The notes beneath the pieces are model-generated. The model had not been told where the DNA came from. It saw only the letters and a program-made list of their open reading frames with translations, and made no database searches. A stretch of DNA of 15,449 nt from a virus, in the UHGV virus genome UHGV-1643955. One strand, written 5' to 3'. Positions 1-8,996 of this stretch are shown here, piece by piece (positions within the stretch are counted from its first letter, which is position 1; each line of letters starts with the position of its first letter). A program made the position numbers and the translations under genes.

Positions 1-72
1 CCATAATGTCTGTTCTGGCGCGGATTCAGCTAATGCGGGCAACTGCATTAAAATCGCCCCATTAAGCGGGCG

Positions 73-91
73 GGCGAGGCGGGGAAAGCAC
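73..91 (+). other. cos: P2-type cohesive-end site (cos): the 19-nt sequence GGCGAGGCGGGGAAAGCAC
   Basis: Exact string ggcgaggcggggaaagcac read at 73-91, matching the 19-nt P2 cohesive end as I recall it. It lies about 170 bp beyond the end of Q, where cos sits in P2. Not verified by search. Confidence 0.7.
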
Positions 92-233
92 TGCGCGCTG
101 GCGGTGGTGCTGATTTTATTTTTTCAGCGTCTCAGCGCGTCGTGACGGCGCTTAGTCTGCCCGTTGAGGCGTTGGTGTGTCTGCGGGGTGTTTTTTGCGG
201 TGGTGAGCGTGTGAGGGCGTGATGACGGGGTGT

Positions 234-255
234 AAAAAAGCCGCCAGCAGGCGGC
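234..255 (-). terminator. Rho-independent terminator candidate downstream of Q
   Basis: Plus strand reads aaaaaa(234-239) g ccgcc agca ggcgg c. On the minus strand this is a 6-bp GC stem (GCCGCC/GGCGGC, 240-245 and 250-255) with a 4-nt loop, followed by TTTTTT, starting 5 nt after the Q stop codon (261-263). Confidence 0.6.
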
Positions 256-260
256 GATGT

Positions 261-1295
261 TCAACCGTTGTCAGTGTCCAGTGAGTAGTTTTTAAAGCGG
301 ATGACCTCCTGACCGAGCCAGCCGTTTATTTCCCGAATTCTGTCCTGTAACGGGATAAGCTCATTGCGGACAAAGACCTTTGCCACTTTCTCAATATCTC
401 CCAGTGACCCGACGTTCTCCGGCTTGCCGCCCATCAACTGAAAGGGGATACGGTGCGCGTCCAGCAGGTCAGCGGCGCTGGCTTTTTTGATATTAAAAAA
501 ATCGTCTTTCGTTGCCACTTCACTGAGCGGGATAATTTTTATGCCGTCGGCTTTCCCCTGCGGCGCATAGAGAAACAGATTTTTAAAGTTGTTGCGGCCT
601 TTCGACTTAACCATGTTTTCGCGAAGCATTTCGATATCGTTGCGATCCTGCACGGCATCAGTGACGTACATGATATATCCGGCATGAGCACCGTTTTCGT
701 AATACTTGCGGCGAAACAGCGTGGCCGACTCATTCAGCCAGGCAGAATTAAGGGCGCTGAGATATTCCGGCAGGCCGTACAGCTCCTGATTAATATCCGG
801 CTCCAGCAGGTGAAACACGGAGCCGGGCGTGAAGGCTGTCGGCTCGTTGAAGGACGGCACCCACCAGTAAACATCCTCTTCCACACCACGGCGGGTATAT
901 TTTGCCGGTGAGGTTTCCAGTCTGATGACCTTACCGGTGGTGCTGTAACGCTTTTCCAGAAACGCATTACCGAACACCAGAAAATCCAGCACAAAGCGGC
1001 TGAAATCCTGTTGTGAAAGCCACGGATGCGGGATAAATGTCGAGGCCAGAATATTGCGTTTGACGTAAATCGGGGAGCTGTGATGCACGGCGGCACGCAG
1101 GCTTTTTGCCAGACCGGTAAAGCTGACCGGTGGCTCATACCATCTGCCGTTACTGATGCATTCGACGTAATCAAGAATGTCACGGCGGTCGAGTACCGGT
1201 ACCGGCTCGCCAAAGGTGAATGCCTCCATTTTCGGGGCGCTGGCGATCATTATTTTTGCCGCAGGTTGCGGTGTTTTCCCTTTTTTCTTGCTCAT
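261..1295 (-). CDS. Q: Portal (capsid portal vertex) protein, P2 gpQ homolog
   Basis: 344-aa ORF, the length I recall for P2 gpQ; sits next to the terminase large subunit at the left end beside cos. Its ATG (1293-1295) overlaps the P stop by 1 nt. Confidence 0.9.
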   Translation of the reverse strand: MSKKKGKTPQPAAKIMIASAPKMEAFTFGEPVPVLDRRDILDYVECISNGRWYEPPVSFTGLAKSLRAAVHHSSPIYVKRNILASTFIPHPWLSQQDFSRFVLDFLVFGNAFLEKRYSTTGKVIRLETSPAKYTRRGVEEDVYWWVPSFNEPTAFTPGSVFHLLEPDINQELYGLPEYLSALNSAWLNESATLFRRKYYENGAHAGYIMYVTDAVQDRNDIEMLRENMVKSKGRNNFKNLFLYAPQGKADGIKIIPLSEVATKDDFFNIKKASAADLLDAHRIPFQLMGGKPENVGSLGDIEKVAKVFVRNELIPLQDRIREINGWLGQEVIRFKNYSLDTDNG

Positions 1296-3067
1296 CAGTA
1301 AAACTCCAGAATGGTGGATGTCAGCGGGGTGCTGATACCGGCGGTGAGTGGCTCATTTAACAGGGCGTGCATGGTCGCCCAGGCGAGGTCGGCGTGGCTG
1401 GCTTCCTCGCTGCGGCTGGCCTCATAGGTGGCGCTGCGTCCGCTGCTGGTCATGGTCTTACGGATAGCCATAAACGAGCTGGTGATGTCGGTGGCGCTGA
1501 CGTCGTATTCCAGACAGCCACGGCGGATAACGTCTTTTGCCTTGAGCACCATTGCGGTTTTCATTTCCGGCGTGTAGCGGATGTCGCGCGCGGCAGGATA
1601 GAACGAGCGCACGAGCTGGAACACGCCGACACCGAGGCCGGTGGCATCAATACCGATGTATTCGACGTTGTATTTTTCGGTGAGTTTGCGGATGGATTCC
1701 GCCTGGGTGGCAAAGTCCATGCCTTTCCACTGGTGACGCTCAAGTATTCTGAATTTGCCACCGGCCACCACCGGCGGTGCCAGCACCACGCATCCGGCGC
1801 TGTCGCCACGGTGTGACGGGTCGTAACCAATCCATACCGGGCGGGAGCCGAACGGATTGGCGGCAAAGGGTGCATAGTCTTCCCATTCTTCCAGCGTGTC
1901 GACCATGCAGCGTTGCAGCTCCTCGAACGGGAACACCGATGCCTTGTCGTCAACAAATTCACACATGAACAGGTTTTTAAAATCGTCGGCGCTGTTTTCG
2001 CGTTTGAGCTGCTCAATGTCGAACAGCGTGCAGCCGCCTTTCAGCGCGTCCTCAATGGTGACAATCTGTCGCCACTGGCCGTCCGCACAGAGAAGCCCAC
2101 CGGCAAGGGCGTTATGACTGACGTCGATTTCCACGCGTTCGGCGGCGCTGGCGCGTCCCCGGTTAAACAGTTCACCCGACCAGAACGGGTAGGCGTCGTG
2201 CGCCAGCGTGGACGGGGTGGAGAAATAGGTCGAGCGCAGGTGACTCTGTGAGGCCATACCTGATGCCACCTTACGCAGTACCTGAAAATTCGGGATCCAG
2301 AAAATCTCGTCGACGTACAGGTCGCCGTTATGGCTCTGCGCGGTGTTGGAGTTGGTGCCGAGAAAAATCAGTTTTGCGCCGTTATTGCCCAGGACAATCG
2401 GGTCACCGGTCAGGTCAACGTCAACCTGCCGGGCAAAGGCGATGATGTATTCGCGGAACACATACGCCTGCGTTTTACTGGCCGACAGAAAAATCTGGTT
2501 ATGACCGGTTTTCAGGGCGCGCAGCAGCGCCTCGCGGGAAAAATAAAACGTCGCGCCAATCTGGCGGGATTTCAGGATATCGCGGATGCGGTGCTCAAGC
2601 CCGGCGCGATACCAGTGCAACTGATAGTCGAAAGACTGCTCAAAGAAAATCTGCTCCAGCTTTTCGATAGCCTCGTCACTGAAAAAATTCTTTTTCGGTT
2701 TGCGACGCCCGCCTTTGTTGCGGTTAGCGACGTTCGGATTAAGGTCTGCCTCGTTGCCGGTCTGGCTGTAGCGGTTTACCCGTGCCAGTCGTTCAATCTG
2801 GCGTCCGAGCAGGTCAATTTCCTTGAAGTCACCGCCGGTTTTCTGCGGTTTGATGATGAGCTGGGTCAGCCGCGCTTCCAGGCTCATTTCGACACGGCTG
2901 ATGGGGGCAACGCTGTCCCAGCCGTCGCGCTGTTTCCAGCTCTGCACCGTCGGGCGTTTCATCTGCAACATGGCGGCAATCTGCGGCACGGAAAACCCCT
3001 GCCAGTACAGCAGCGCCGCCTGACGACGCGGGTCGTGTGAAAGAGTGGTGTCTGTGGTGATGGTCAT
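1295..3067 (-). CDS. P: Terminase large (ATPase) subunit, P2 gpP homolog
   Basis: The ORF track gives 600 aa from 3097, but that first codon is TTG (complement of caa at 3095-3097). The first ATG is at 3067 (MTITTDTTLSHD...), giving 590 aa, which matches the P2 gpP length as I recall it. A GAGG lies a few nt upstream on the coding strand. Confidence 0.9.
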   Translation of the reverse strand: MTITTDTTLSHDPRRQAALLYWQGFSVPQIAAMLQMKRPTVQSWKQRDGWDSVAPISRVEMSLEARLTQLIIKPQKTGGDFKEIDLLGRQIERLARVNRYSQTGNEADLNPNVANRNKGGRRKPKKNFFSDEAIEKLEQIFFEQSFDYQLHWYRAGLEHRIRDILKSRQIGATFYFSREALLRALKTGHNQIFLSASKTQAYVFREYIIAFARQVDVDLTGDPIVLGNNGAKLIFLGTNSNTAQSHNGDLYVDEIFWIPNFQVLRKVASGMASQSHLRSTYFSTPSTLAHDAYPFWSGELFNRGRASAAERVEIDVSHNALAGGLLCADGQWRQIVTIEDALKGGCTLFDIEQLKRENSADDFKNLFMCEFVDDKASVFPFEELQRCMVDTLEEWEDYAPFAANPFGSRPVWIGYDPSHRGDSAGCVVLAPPVVAGGKFRILERHQWKGMDFATQAESIRKLTEKYNVEYIGIDATGLGVGVFQLVRSFYPAARDIRYTPEMKTAMVLKAKDVIRRGCLEYDVSATDITSSFMAIRKTMTSSGRSATYEASRSEEASHADLAWATMHALLNEPLTAGISTPLTSTILEFY

Positions 3068-3240
3068 GAATACCTCGCCGTGATGAATACACGGCAAGGC
3101 TACTGAGTCGCGCCACGCGATTCGCTAAGGTGCTGTTGTGTCAGTGATAAGCCATCCGGGACTGATGGCGGAGGATGCGCATCGTCGAGAAACTGATGCC
3201 GACATGTGACTCCTCTACTCACTATTCAGGACTCCTGACA
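3068..3240. promoter_or_regulatory. Divergent intergenic region between P and O; expected site of the P2 late promoters PP (leftward) and PO (rightward)
   Basis: 173-bp gap between divergently transcribed late operons, as in P2. I could not confidently place an Ogr-type TGT-N12-ACA dyad or -10/-35 elements by eye, so this is positional inference only. Confidence 0.4.
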
Positions 3241-4095
3241 ATGGCAAAAAAAGTCTCAAAATTCTTTCGTATCGGCGTTGAGGGTGACACCTGTGACGGG
3301 CGTGTCATCAGTGCGCAGGATATTCAGGAAATGGCCGAAACCTTTGACCCGCGTGTCTATGGTTGCCGCATTAATCTGGAACATCTGCGCGGCATCCTGC
3401 CTGACGGTATTTTTAAGCGTTATGGCGATGTGGCCGAACTGAAGGCCGAAAAGATTGACGATGATTCGGCGCTGAAAGGCAAATGGGCGTTGTTTGCGAA
3501 AATCACCCCGACCGATGACCTTATCGCGATGAACAAGGCCGCGCAGAAGGTCTACACCTCAATGGAAATTCAGCCGAACTTTGCCAACACCGGCAAATGT
3601 TATCTGGTGGGGCTGGCCGTCACCGATGACCCGGCAAGCCTCGGCACGGAATACCTGGAATTCTGCCGCACGGCAAAACACAACCCCCTGAACCGCTTCA
3701 AATTAAGCCCTGAAAACCTGATTTCAGTGGCAACGCCTGTTGAGCTGGAATTTGAAGACCTGCCTGAAACCGTGTTCACCGCCCTGACTGAAAAGGTGAA
3801 GTCCATTTTTGGCCGCAAACAGGCCAGCGATGATGCCCGCTTGAATGATGTGCATGAAGCGGTGACCGCTGTTGCTGAACATGTGCAGGAAAAACTGAGC
3901 GCCACTGAGCAGCGCCTCGCTGAGATGGAAACCGCCTTTTCCGCACTTAAGCAGGAGGTGACTGACAGGGCGGATGAAACCAGCCAGGCATTCACCCGCC
4001 TGAAAAACAGTCTCGACCACACCGAAAGTCTGACCCAGCAGCGCCGCAGCAAGGCCACCGGTGGTGGCGGTGACGCCCTGATGACGAACTGCTGA
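3241..4095 (+). CDS. O: Capsid scaffolding protein, P2 gpO homolog
   Basis: Start taken at ATG 3241 (MAKKVSKFFRIGVEGD...) with AGGA about 10 nt upstream; this gives 284 aa, matching recalled P2 gpO. The upstream ATG at 3175 directly abuts a GGAGG with no spacer, so it is less plausible. Confidence 0.85.
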   Translation: MAKKVSKFFRIGVEGDTCDGRVISAQDIQEMAETFDPRVYGCRINLEHLRGILPDGIFKRYGDVAELKAEKIDDDSALKGKWALFAKITPTDDLIAMNKAAQKVYTSMEIQPNFANTGKCYLVGLAVTDDPASLGTEYLEFCRTAKHNPLNRFKLSPENLISVATPVELEFEDLPETVFTALTEKVKSIFGRKQASDDARLNDVHEAVTAVAEHVQEKLSATEQRLAEMETAFSALKQEVTDRADETSQAFTRLKNSLDHTESLTQQRRSKATGGGGDALMTNC

Positions 4096-4153
4096 CCGGC
4101 GTCAGTCAGTCCGGGAAAACCTTCACGATTAACCCTTAATTTCAGGAAAAACT

Positions 4154-5227
4154 ATGCGCCAGGAAACCCGCTTTAAATTTAATGCTTACCTGTCCCGTGT
4201 TGCCGAACTGAACGGCATCGACGCCGGTGATGTGTCGAAAAAATTCACCGTTGAACCGTCGGTCACCCAGACCCTGATGAACACCATGCAGGAGTCCTCT
4301 GACTTTCTGACCCGCATCAACATTGTGCCGGTCAGCGAAATGAAAGGGGAAAAAATTGGTATTGGTGTCACCGGCTCCATCGCCAGCACCACCGACACCG
4401 CCGGTGGCACCGAGCGTCAGCCGAAGGACTTCTCGAAGCTGGCGTCAAACAAGTACGAATGCGACCAGATTAACTTCGATTTTTATATCCGCTACAAAAC
4501 GCTTGACCTGTGGGCGCGTTATCAGGATTTCCAGCTCCGTGTCCGTAACGCTATTATCAAACGCCAGTCCCTTGATTTCATCATGGCCGGTTTTAACGGC
4601 GTGAAGCGTGCTGAAACCTCTGACCGCAGCAGCAATCCGATGTTGCAGGATGTGGCGGTCGGCTGGCTGCAGAAATACCGCAATGAAGCCCCGGCGCGCG
4701 TGATGAGCAAGGTCACTGACGAGGAAGGCCGCACCACCTCTGAGGTTATCCGCGTGGGTAAGGGCGGTGATTATGCCAGCCTTGATGCACTGGTGATGGA
4801 TGCGACCAACAACCTGATTGAGCCGTGGTATCAGGAAGACCCTGACCTTGTGGTGATTGTGGGACGTCAGCTACTGGCGGACAAGTATTTTCCCATCGTC
4901 AACAGGGAGCAGGACAACAGCGAAATGCTGGCCGCTGACGTCATCATCAGCCAGAAACGCATCGGTAACCTGCCGGCAGTGCGCGTCCCGTACTTCCCGG
5001 CAGATGCGATGCTCATCACGAAGCTGGAAAACCTGTCCATCTACTACATGGATGACAGCCATCGCCGCGTGATTGAGGAAAATCCGAAACTCGACCGCGT
5101 GGAGAACTACGAGTCAATGAATATTGATTACGTGGTGGAAGACTACGCCGCCGGTTGCCTGGTGGAAAAAATTAAGGTCGGTGATTTCTCCACACCGGCC
5201 AGGGCGACCGCAGAGCCGGGAGCGTAA
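4154..5227 (+). CDS. N: Major capsid protein, P2 gpN homolog
   Basis: 357-aa ORF (MRQETRFKFNAYLSRVAELNG...), same length and position as P2 gpN; AGGA upstream of the ATG. Confidence 0.9.
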   Translation: MRQETRFKFNAYLSRVAELNGIDAGDVSKKFTVEPSVTQTLMNTMQESSDFLTRINIVPVSEMKGEKIGIGVTGSIASTTDTAGGTERQPKDFSKLASNKYECDQINFDFYIRYKTLDLWARYQDFQLRVRNAIIKRQSLDFIMAGFNGVKRAETSDRSSNPMLQDVAVGWLQKYRNEAPARVMSKVTDEEGRTTSEVIRVGKGGDYASLDALVMDATNNLIEPWYQEDPDLVVIVGRQLLADKYFPIVNREQDNSEMLAADVIISQKRIGNLPAVRVPYFPADAMLITKLENLSIYYMDDSHRRVIEENPKLDRVENYESMNIDYVVEDYAAGCLVEKIKVGDFSTPARATAEPGA

Positions 5228-5230
5228 CCG

Positions 5231-5974
5231 ATGACGAGTCCCGCACAGCGCCACATGATGCGGGTCTCGGCAGCGATGACCGCGCAGCGGGAAGCCGCCC
5301 CGCTGCGACATGCAACTGTCTATGAGCAGATGCTGGTCAAGCTGGCCGCAGACCAGCGCACACTGAAAGCGATTTATTCAAAAGAGCTTAAGGCCGCGAA
5401 AAAGCGCGAACTGCTGCCGTTCTGGTTGCCGTGGGTGAACGGTGTGCTGGAGCAGGGCAAAGGTGCACAGGATGACATTCTGATGACGGTCATGCTGTGG
5501 CGTCTGGATACCGGCGATATTGCAGGTGCGCTGGAGATTGCCCGTTATGCCCTGAAATACGGTCTGACCATGCCGGGTAAACACCGCCGCACCCCGCCGT
5601 ACATGTTCACCGAGGAGGTGGCGCTCGCGGCCATGCGTGCTCACGCTGCCGGTGAGTCTGTGGATACCCGCCTGCTGACGGAGACCCTTGAACTGACCGC
5701 CACGGCTGACATGCCTGATGAAGTGCGCGCAAAGCTGCACAAAATCACAGGTCTGTTTCTGCGTGATGGTGGTGATGCCGCCGGTGCGCTGGCTCACCTG
5801 CAACGTGCGACACAGCTCGACTGTCAGGCAGGTGTCAAAAAAGAGATTGAACGACTGGAGCGGGAGCTGAAACCGAAGCCGGAGCCGCAGCCCAAAGCGG
5901 CCACCCGTACCCCGCGTAAGACCCGGAGCGTGACACCGGCAAAACGTGGACGCCCGAAAAAGAAAGCCAGTTAA
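5231..5974 (+). CDS. M: Terminase small (endonuclease) subunit, P2 gpM homolog
   Basis: 247-aa ORF starting 3 nt after the N stop, GGAG upstream; basic lysine/proline-rich C-terminus (KPKPEPQPKAATRTPRKTRSVTPAKRGRPKKKAS). Confidence 0.85.
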   Translation: MTSPAQRHMMRVSAAMTAQREAAPLRHATVYEQMLVKLAADQRTLKAIYSKELKAAKKRELLPFWLPWVNGVLEQGKGAQDDILMTVMLWRLDTGDIAGALEIARYALKYGLTMPGKHRRTPPYMFTEEVALAAMRAHAAGESVDTRLLTETLELTATADMPDEVRAKLHKITGLFLRDGGDAAGALAHLQRATQLDCQAGVKKEIERLERELKPKPEPQPKAATRTPRKTRSVTPAKRGRPKKKAS

Positions 5975-6073
5975 CAACCGAATGCGCCCCGCGCCAGGGC
6001 GGCACGCCGGTCAGTGAGGGTGAATCACCTGACACTGCACCGGCGTCCACCGCCCGACTTTTCAGAGGTAGTC

Positions 6074-6583
6074 ATGATGACGCTGATTATTCCGCGAAAG
6101 GAGGCTCCCGTGTCCGGTGAGGGTACGGTGGTCATCCCGCAACCGGCAGGCGACGAGCCGGTGATTAAAAACACGTTCTTTTTTCCCGATATCGACCCGA
6201 AGCGCGTCCGGGAACGTATGCGCCTTGAGCAGACCGTCGCCCCCGCCCGTCTGCGTGAGGCCATCAAGTCAGGCATGGCTGAAACGAATGCGGAGCTGTA
6301 CGAGTACCGCGAACAGAAAATTGCCGCCGGTTTTACGCGTCTGGCTGACGTCCCGGCGGACGACATCGACGGTGAAAGCATCAAAGTTTTTTACTACGAG
6401 CGCGCCGTGTGTGCGATGGCGACCGCATCGCTTTATGAGCGTTACCGCGGCGTGGATGCCAGTGCGAAAGGCGACAAGAAGGCCGACAGCATTGACAGCA
6501 CCATTGATGAACTGTGGCGGGATATGCGCTGGGCGGTGGCGCGTATCCAGGACAAGCCGCGCTGCATCGTGAGTCAAATCTGA
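6074..6583 (+). CDS. L: Head completion/stabilisation protein, P2 gpL homolog
   Basis: Start taken at ATG 6074 (MMTLIIPRKEAP...) with GAGG upstream, giving 169 aa as recalled for P2 gpL. The longer form in the ORF track has no RBS. Confidence 0.85.
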   Translation: MMTLIIPRKEAPVSGEGTVVIPQPAGDEPVIKNTFFFPDIDPKRVRERMRLEQTVAPARLREAIKSGMAETNAELYEYREQKIAAGFTRLADVPADDIDGESIKVFYYERAVCAMATASLYERYRGVDASAKGDKKADSIDSTIDELWRDMRWAVARIQDKPRCIVSQI

Positions 6584-6786
6584 TGAAGACCTTTGCGCTA
6601 CAGGGCGACACGCTCGACGCCATTTGTGTCCGGTATTACGGGCGCACTGAGGGCGTGGTCGAAGCCGTGCTCGCCGCAAATCCGGGACTGGCTGAACTGG
6701 GTGCGGTGCTGCCACACGGCACCGCCGTCGAACTGCCCGACGTTCAGACCGCGCCCGTGGCTGAAACTGTCAATCTGTGGGAGTAA
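6583..6786 (+). CDS. X: Tail protein X, P2 gpX homolog (small LysM-like protein)
   Basis: 67-aa ORF MKTFALQGDTLDAICVRYYGRTEGV...; its ATG overlaps the L stop (tgATGa at 6581-6585). Confidence 0.8.
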   Translation: MKTFALQGDTLDAICVRYYGRTEGVVEAVLAANPGLAELGAVLPHGTAVELPDVQTAPVAETVNLWE

Positions 6787-6789
6787 CGC

Positions 6790-7071
6790 ATGACAGCAGA
6801 AGAAAAAAGCGTCCTGTCGCTTTTCATGATTGGGGTGCTGATTGTTGTCGGCAAGGTGCTTGCCGGTGGTGAACCCATCACCCCGCGTCTGTTTATCGGG
6901 CGCATGTTGCTCGGTGGTTTTGTCTCGATGGTTGCCGGTGTTGTTCTGGTGCAGTTTCCTGACCTGTCACTGCCTGCGGTGTGCGGCATCGGCTCCATGC
7001 TGGGTATCGCCGGTTATCAGGTGATTGAGATTGCCATTCAGCGCCGCTTTAAGGGCAGGGGGAAACCGTAA
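6790..7071 (+). CDS. Y: Holin, P2 gpY homolog
   Basis: 93-aa ORF with hydrophobic transmembrane stretches (LSLFMIGVLIVVGKVLAGG, LLGGFVSMVAGVVLVQF) and a charged C-terminus; first gene of the lysis cassette; GGAG upstream. Confidence 0.85.
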   Translation: MTAEEKSVLSLFMIGVLIVVGKVLAGGEPITPRLFIGRMLLGGFVSMVAGVVLVQFPDLSLPAVCGIGSMLGIAGYQVIEIAIQRRFKGRGKP

Positions 7072-7568
7072 TGCCGGTAATTAACACGCATCAGAATATC
7101 GCCGCCTTTCTCGACATGCTGGCCGCGTCCGAAGGGACGGCGAATCATCCGCTGACGAAAAACCGGGGCTATGACGTGATAGTCACCGGACTGGACGGAA
7201 AGCCGGAAATTTTCACCGACTACAGTGACCACCCGTTCGCGCATGGCCGACCGGCGAAGGTGTTTAACCGTCGCGGTGAAAAATCCACGGCCTCCGGTCG
7301 CTATCAGCAGCTTTACCTGTTCTGGCCGCATTACCGCAAACAGCTTGCCCTGCCGGATTTCAGTCCGTTGTCACAGGACAGACTCGCCATTCAGTTGATC
7401 CGCGAACGCGGTGCACTGGATGACATCCGGGCGGGACGCATTGAGCGCGCCATTTCACGCTGTCGCAATATCTGGGCGTCCCTGCCGGGTGCCGGTTACG
7501 GTCAGCGTGAGCATTCACTGGAAAAACTGGTCACCGTCTGGCGTACCGCCGGCGGCGTACCGGCTTAA
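7071..7568 (+). CDS. K: Endolysin (lysozyme / lytic transglycosylase family), P2 gpK homolog
   Basis: 165-aa ORF; its ATG shares one nt with the Y stop (taATG at 7069-7073); AGGGGG upstream. Confidence 0.9.
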   Translation: MPVINTHQNIAAFLDMLAASEGTANHPLTKNRGYDVIVTGLDGKPEIFTDYSDHPFAHGRPAKVFNRRGEKSTASGRYQQLYLFWPHYRKQLALPDFSPLSQDRLAIQLIRERGALDDIRAGRIERAISRCRNIWASLPGAGYGQREHSLEKLVTVWRTAGGVPA

Positions 7569-7582
7569 ACGGAGTAAACACC

Positions 7583-8008
7583 ATGAAGAAATTATCCCTT
7601 TCACTGATGCTGAACGTGTCGCTGGCGCTGATGCTGGCACTGTCCCTGATTTACCCGCAGAGCGTGGCCGTCAGTTTTGTCGCTGCCTGGGCGATTCTGG
7701 CGACGGTTATCTGTGTGGTTGCCGGTGGTGTCGGCGTGTATGCCACTGAGTATGTACTGGAACGCTACGGGCGGGAGCTGCCGCCGGAATCGATGGCCGT
7801 GAAGATTGTCACGTCGCTGTTTTTGCAGCCGGTGCCGTGGTGCAGACGGGCGGCGGCTCTGGTAGTGATGGTGGCGACGTTTATCTCGCTGGTTGCCGCC
7901 GGGTGGATTTTTACCGCGCTGATTTATCTTGTGGCGTCGCTGTTTTTCCGGCTGATACGTAAAGCCTGTCGTCAGCGTCTTGAGGGGCGGGAACCATGTC
8001 AAAGCTGA
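7583..8008 (+). CDS. lysA: Lysis-timing membrane protein LysA homolog
   Basis: 141-aa ORF, very hydrophobic with several predicted transmembrane segments; GGAG upstream; position after K as in P2. Confidence 0.8.
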   Translation: MKKLSLSLMLNVSLALMLALSLIYPQSVAVSFVAAWAILATVICVVAGGVGVYATEYVLERYGRELPPESMAVKIVTSLFLQPVPWCRRAAALVVMVATFISLVAAGWIFTALIYLVASLFFRLIRKACRQRLEGREPCQS

Positions 8009-8421
8009 TGATTGTGCTGGTTGTGTTGTTATCACTGGCGGTGGCCGGTCTGTTTCTGGCGAAGCATGAAAACGCCAGCCTGCGCACCTCACTGGACAGG
8101 GCGAGCAACGTCGCCAGCGGGCAGCAGACGACCATCACCATGCTGAAAAATCAGCTTCATGTTGCGCTCACCAGGGCAGACAAAAACGAGCTGGCGCAGG
8201 TGGCACTGCGTCAGGAACTGGAGAACGCCGCGAAGCGTGAAGCTCAGCGCGAGAAAACCATCACGAGATTACTCAATGAAAACGAAGATTTTCGCCGCTG
8301 GTATGGCGCTGACCTGCCTGATGCTGTGCGCCGGTTGCACCAGCGTCCGGCCTGCACTGACGCCAGTGATTGTCCCCAACGCCTGCCCGAAAGTGAGCCT
8401 TTGCCCGATGCCGGGCAGTGA
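7996..8421 (+). CDS. lysB: LysB homolog (Rz-like inner-membrane spanin)
   Basis: 141-aa ORF with an N-terminal transmembrane segment (LMIVLVVLLSLAVAGLFLA) and a charged, likely coiled-coil periplasmic part; overlaps the lysA end by 13 nt. Confidence 0.8.
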   Translation: MSKLMIVLVVLLSLAVAGLFLAKHENASLRTSLDRASNVASGQQTTITMLKNQLHVALTRADKNELAQVALRQELENAAKREAQREKTITRLLNENEDFRRWYGADLPDAVRRLHQRPACTDASDCPQRLPESEPLPDAGQ

Positions 8422-8566
8422 CCCGCAGACGAACGGCGATTTAAGTGCCGATATCCGGCAGCTTGAGAACGCGCTGGCACGCTGTGCCAGCCAGGTAAAA
8501 ATGATTAAACACTGTCAGGACGAAAACGATGCTCAAACCCGACAGCCTGCGCAGGGCGCTGACTGA
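8276..8566 (+). CDS. lysC: LysC homolog (Rz1-like outer-membrane lipoprotein spanin), nested in the +1 frame of lysB
   Basis: ATG at 8276 begins MKTKIFAAGMALTCLMLCAGC, a lipoprotein signal peptide with lipobox L-C-A-G-C; 96 aa; starts inside lysB and ends inside R, as in P2. Confidence 0.7.
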   Translation: MKTKIFAAGMALTCLMLCAGCTSVRPALTPVIVPNACPKVSLCPMPGSDPQTNGDLSADIRQLENALARCASQVKMIKHCQDENDAQTRQPAQGAD

Positions 8567-8996
8567 TGCCGTCACGGTGCTGAAAACTAACCCCGATATG
8601 CTGCGGATATTCGTGGATAACGGGAGTATTGCCTCCACACTGGCGACGTCGCTGTCATTCGAAAAGCGTTACACGCTCAATGTCATTGTGACCGACTTTA
8701 CCGGTGATTTTGACCTGCTCATCGTGCCGGTGCTGGCGTGGCTGCGGGAAAATCAGCCCGACATCATGACCACCGACGCAGGCCAGAAAAAGGGCTTCAC
8801 GTTTTATGCAGACATCAACAATGACAGCAGCTTTGATATCAGCATCAGCCTGATGCTGACCGAGCGCACGCTGGTCAGTGAGGTTGACGGTGCGCTGCAT
8901 GTGAAGAATATCCCGGAACCTCCGCCGCCGGAGCCGGTCACCCGCCCGATGGAGCTTTATATCAATGGCGAACTGGTGAGTAAGTGGGATGAATGA
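8529..8996 (+). CDS. R: Tail completion protein, P2 gpR homolog
   Basis: 155-aa ORF (MLKPDSLRRALTDAVTVLKTNPDMLRIFVDNG...), AGGA upstream, same length and position as P2 gpR. Confidence 0.85.
   Translation: MLKPDSLRRALTDAVTVLKTNPDMLRIFVDNGSIASTLATSLSFEKRYTLNVIVTDFTGDFDLLIVPVLAWLRENQPDIMTTDAGQKKGFTFYADINNDSSFDISISLMLTERTLVSEVDGALHVKNIPEPPPPEPVTRPMELYINGELVSKWDE

Noticed and set aside
453-1301. ORFs 453..911 (+), 539..733 (-), 734..1213 (-) and 1026..1301 (+) overlapping Q
   Set aside because: They are alternative-frame or antisense ORFs within the portal gene; the 344-aa Q frame is the one matching the expected P2 protein.
1367-3040. Plus-strand ORFs inside P (1367..1816, 1777..1968, 1896..2117, 1913..2251, 2248..2445, 2330..3040, 2823..3023) and minus-strand ORFs 1561..2016 and 2829..3116
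   Set aside because: They lie antisense to or out of frame with the well-supported terminase gene in GC-rich sequence, where long spurious ORFs are common; no RBS and no recognisable protein features.
3097-3097. Upstream TTG start giving a 600-aa P
   Set aside because: The first codon is TTG, not ATG. The ATG at 3067 gives the 590-aa length recalled for P2 gpP, has a GAGG upstream, and the extension runs into the divergent promoter region.
3175-3240. Upstream ATG at 3175 giving a 306-aa O
   Set aside because: GGAGG directly abuts this ATG with no spacer. The ATG at 3241 has a properly spaced AGGA and gives the 284-aa length recalled for P2 gpO.
3600-8092. Antisense ORFs within O (3600..4058, 3724..4020), N, M, L, K and lysA (for example 7601..8092, 7038..7331, 6269..6715)
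   Set aside because: All are embedded opposite or out of frame with confidently assigned P2-homologous genes and have no independent support.
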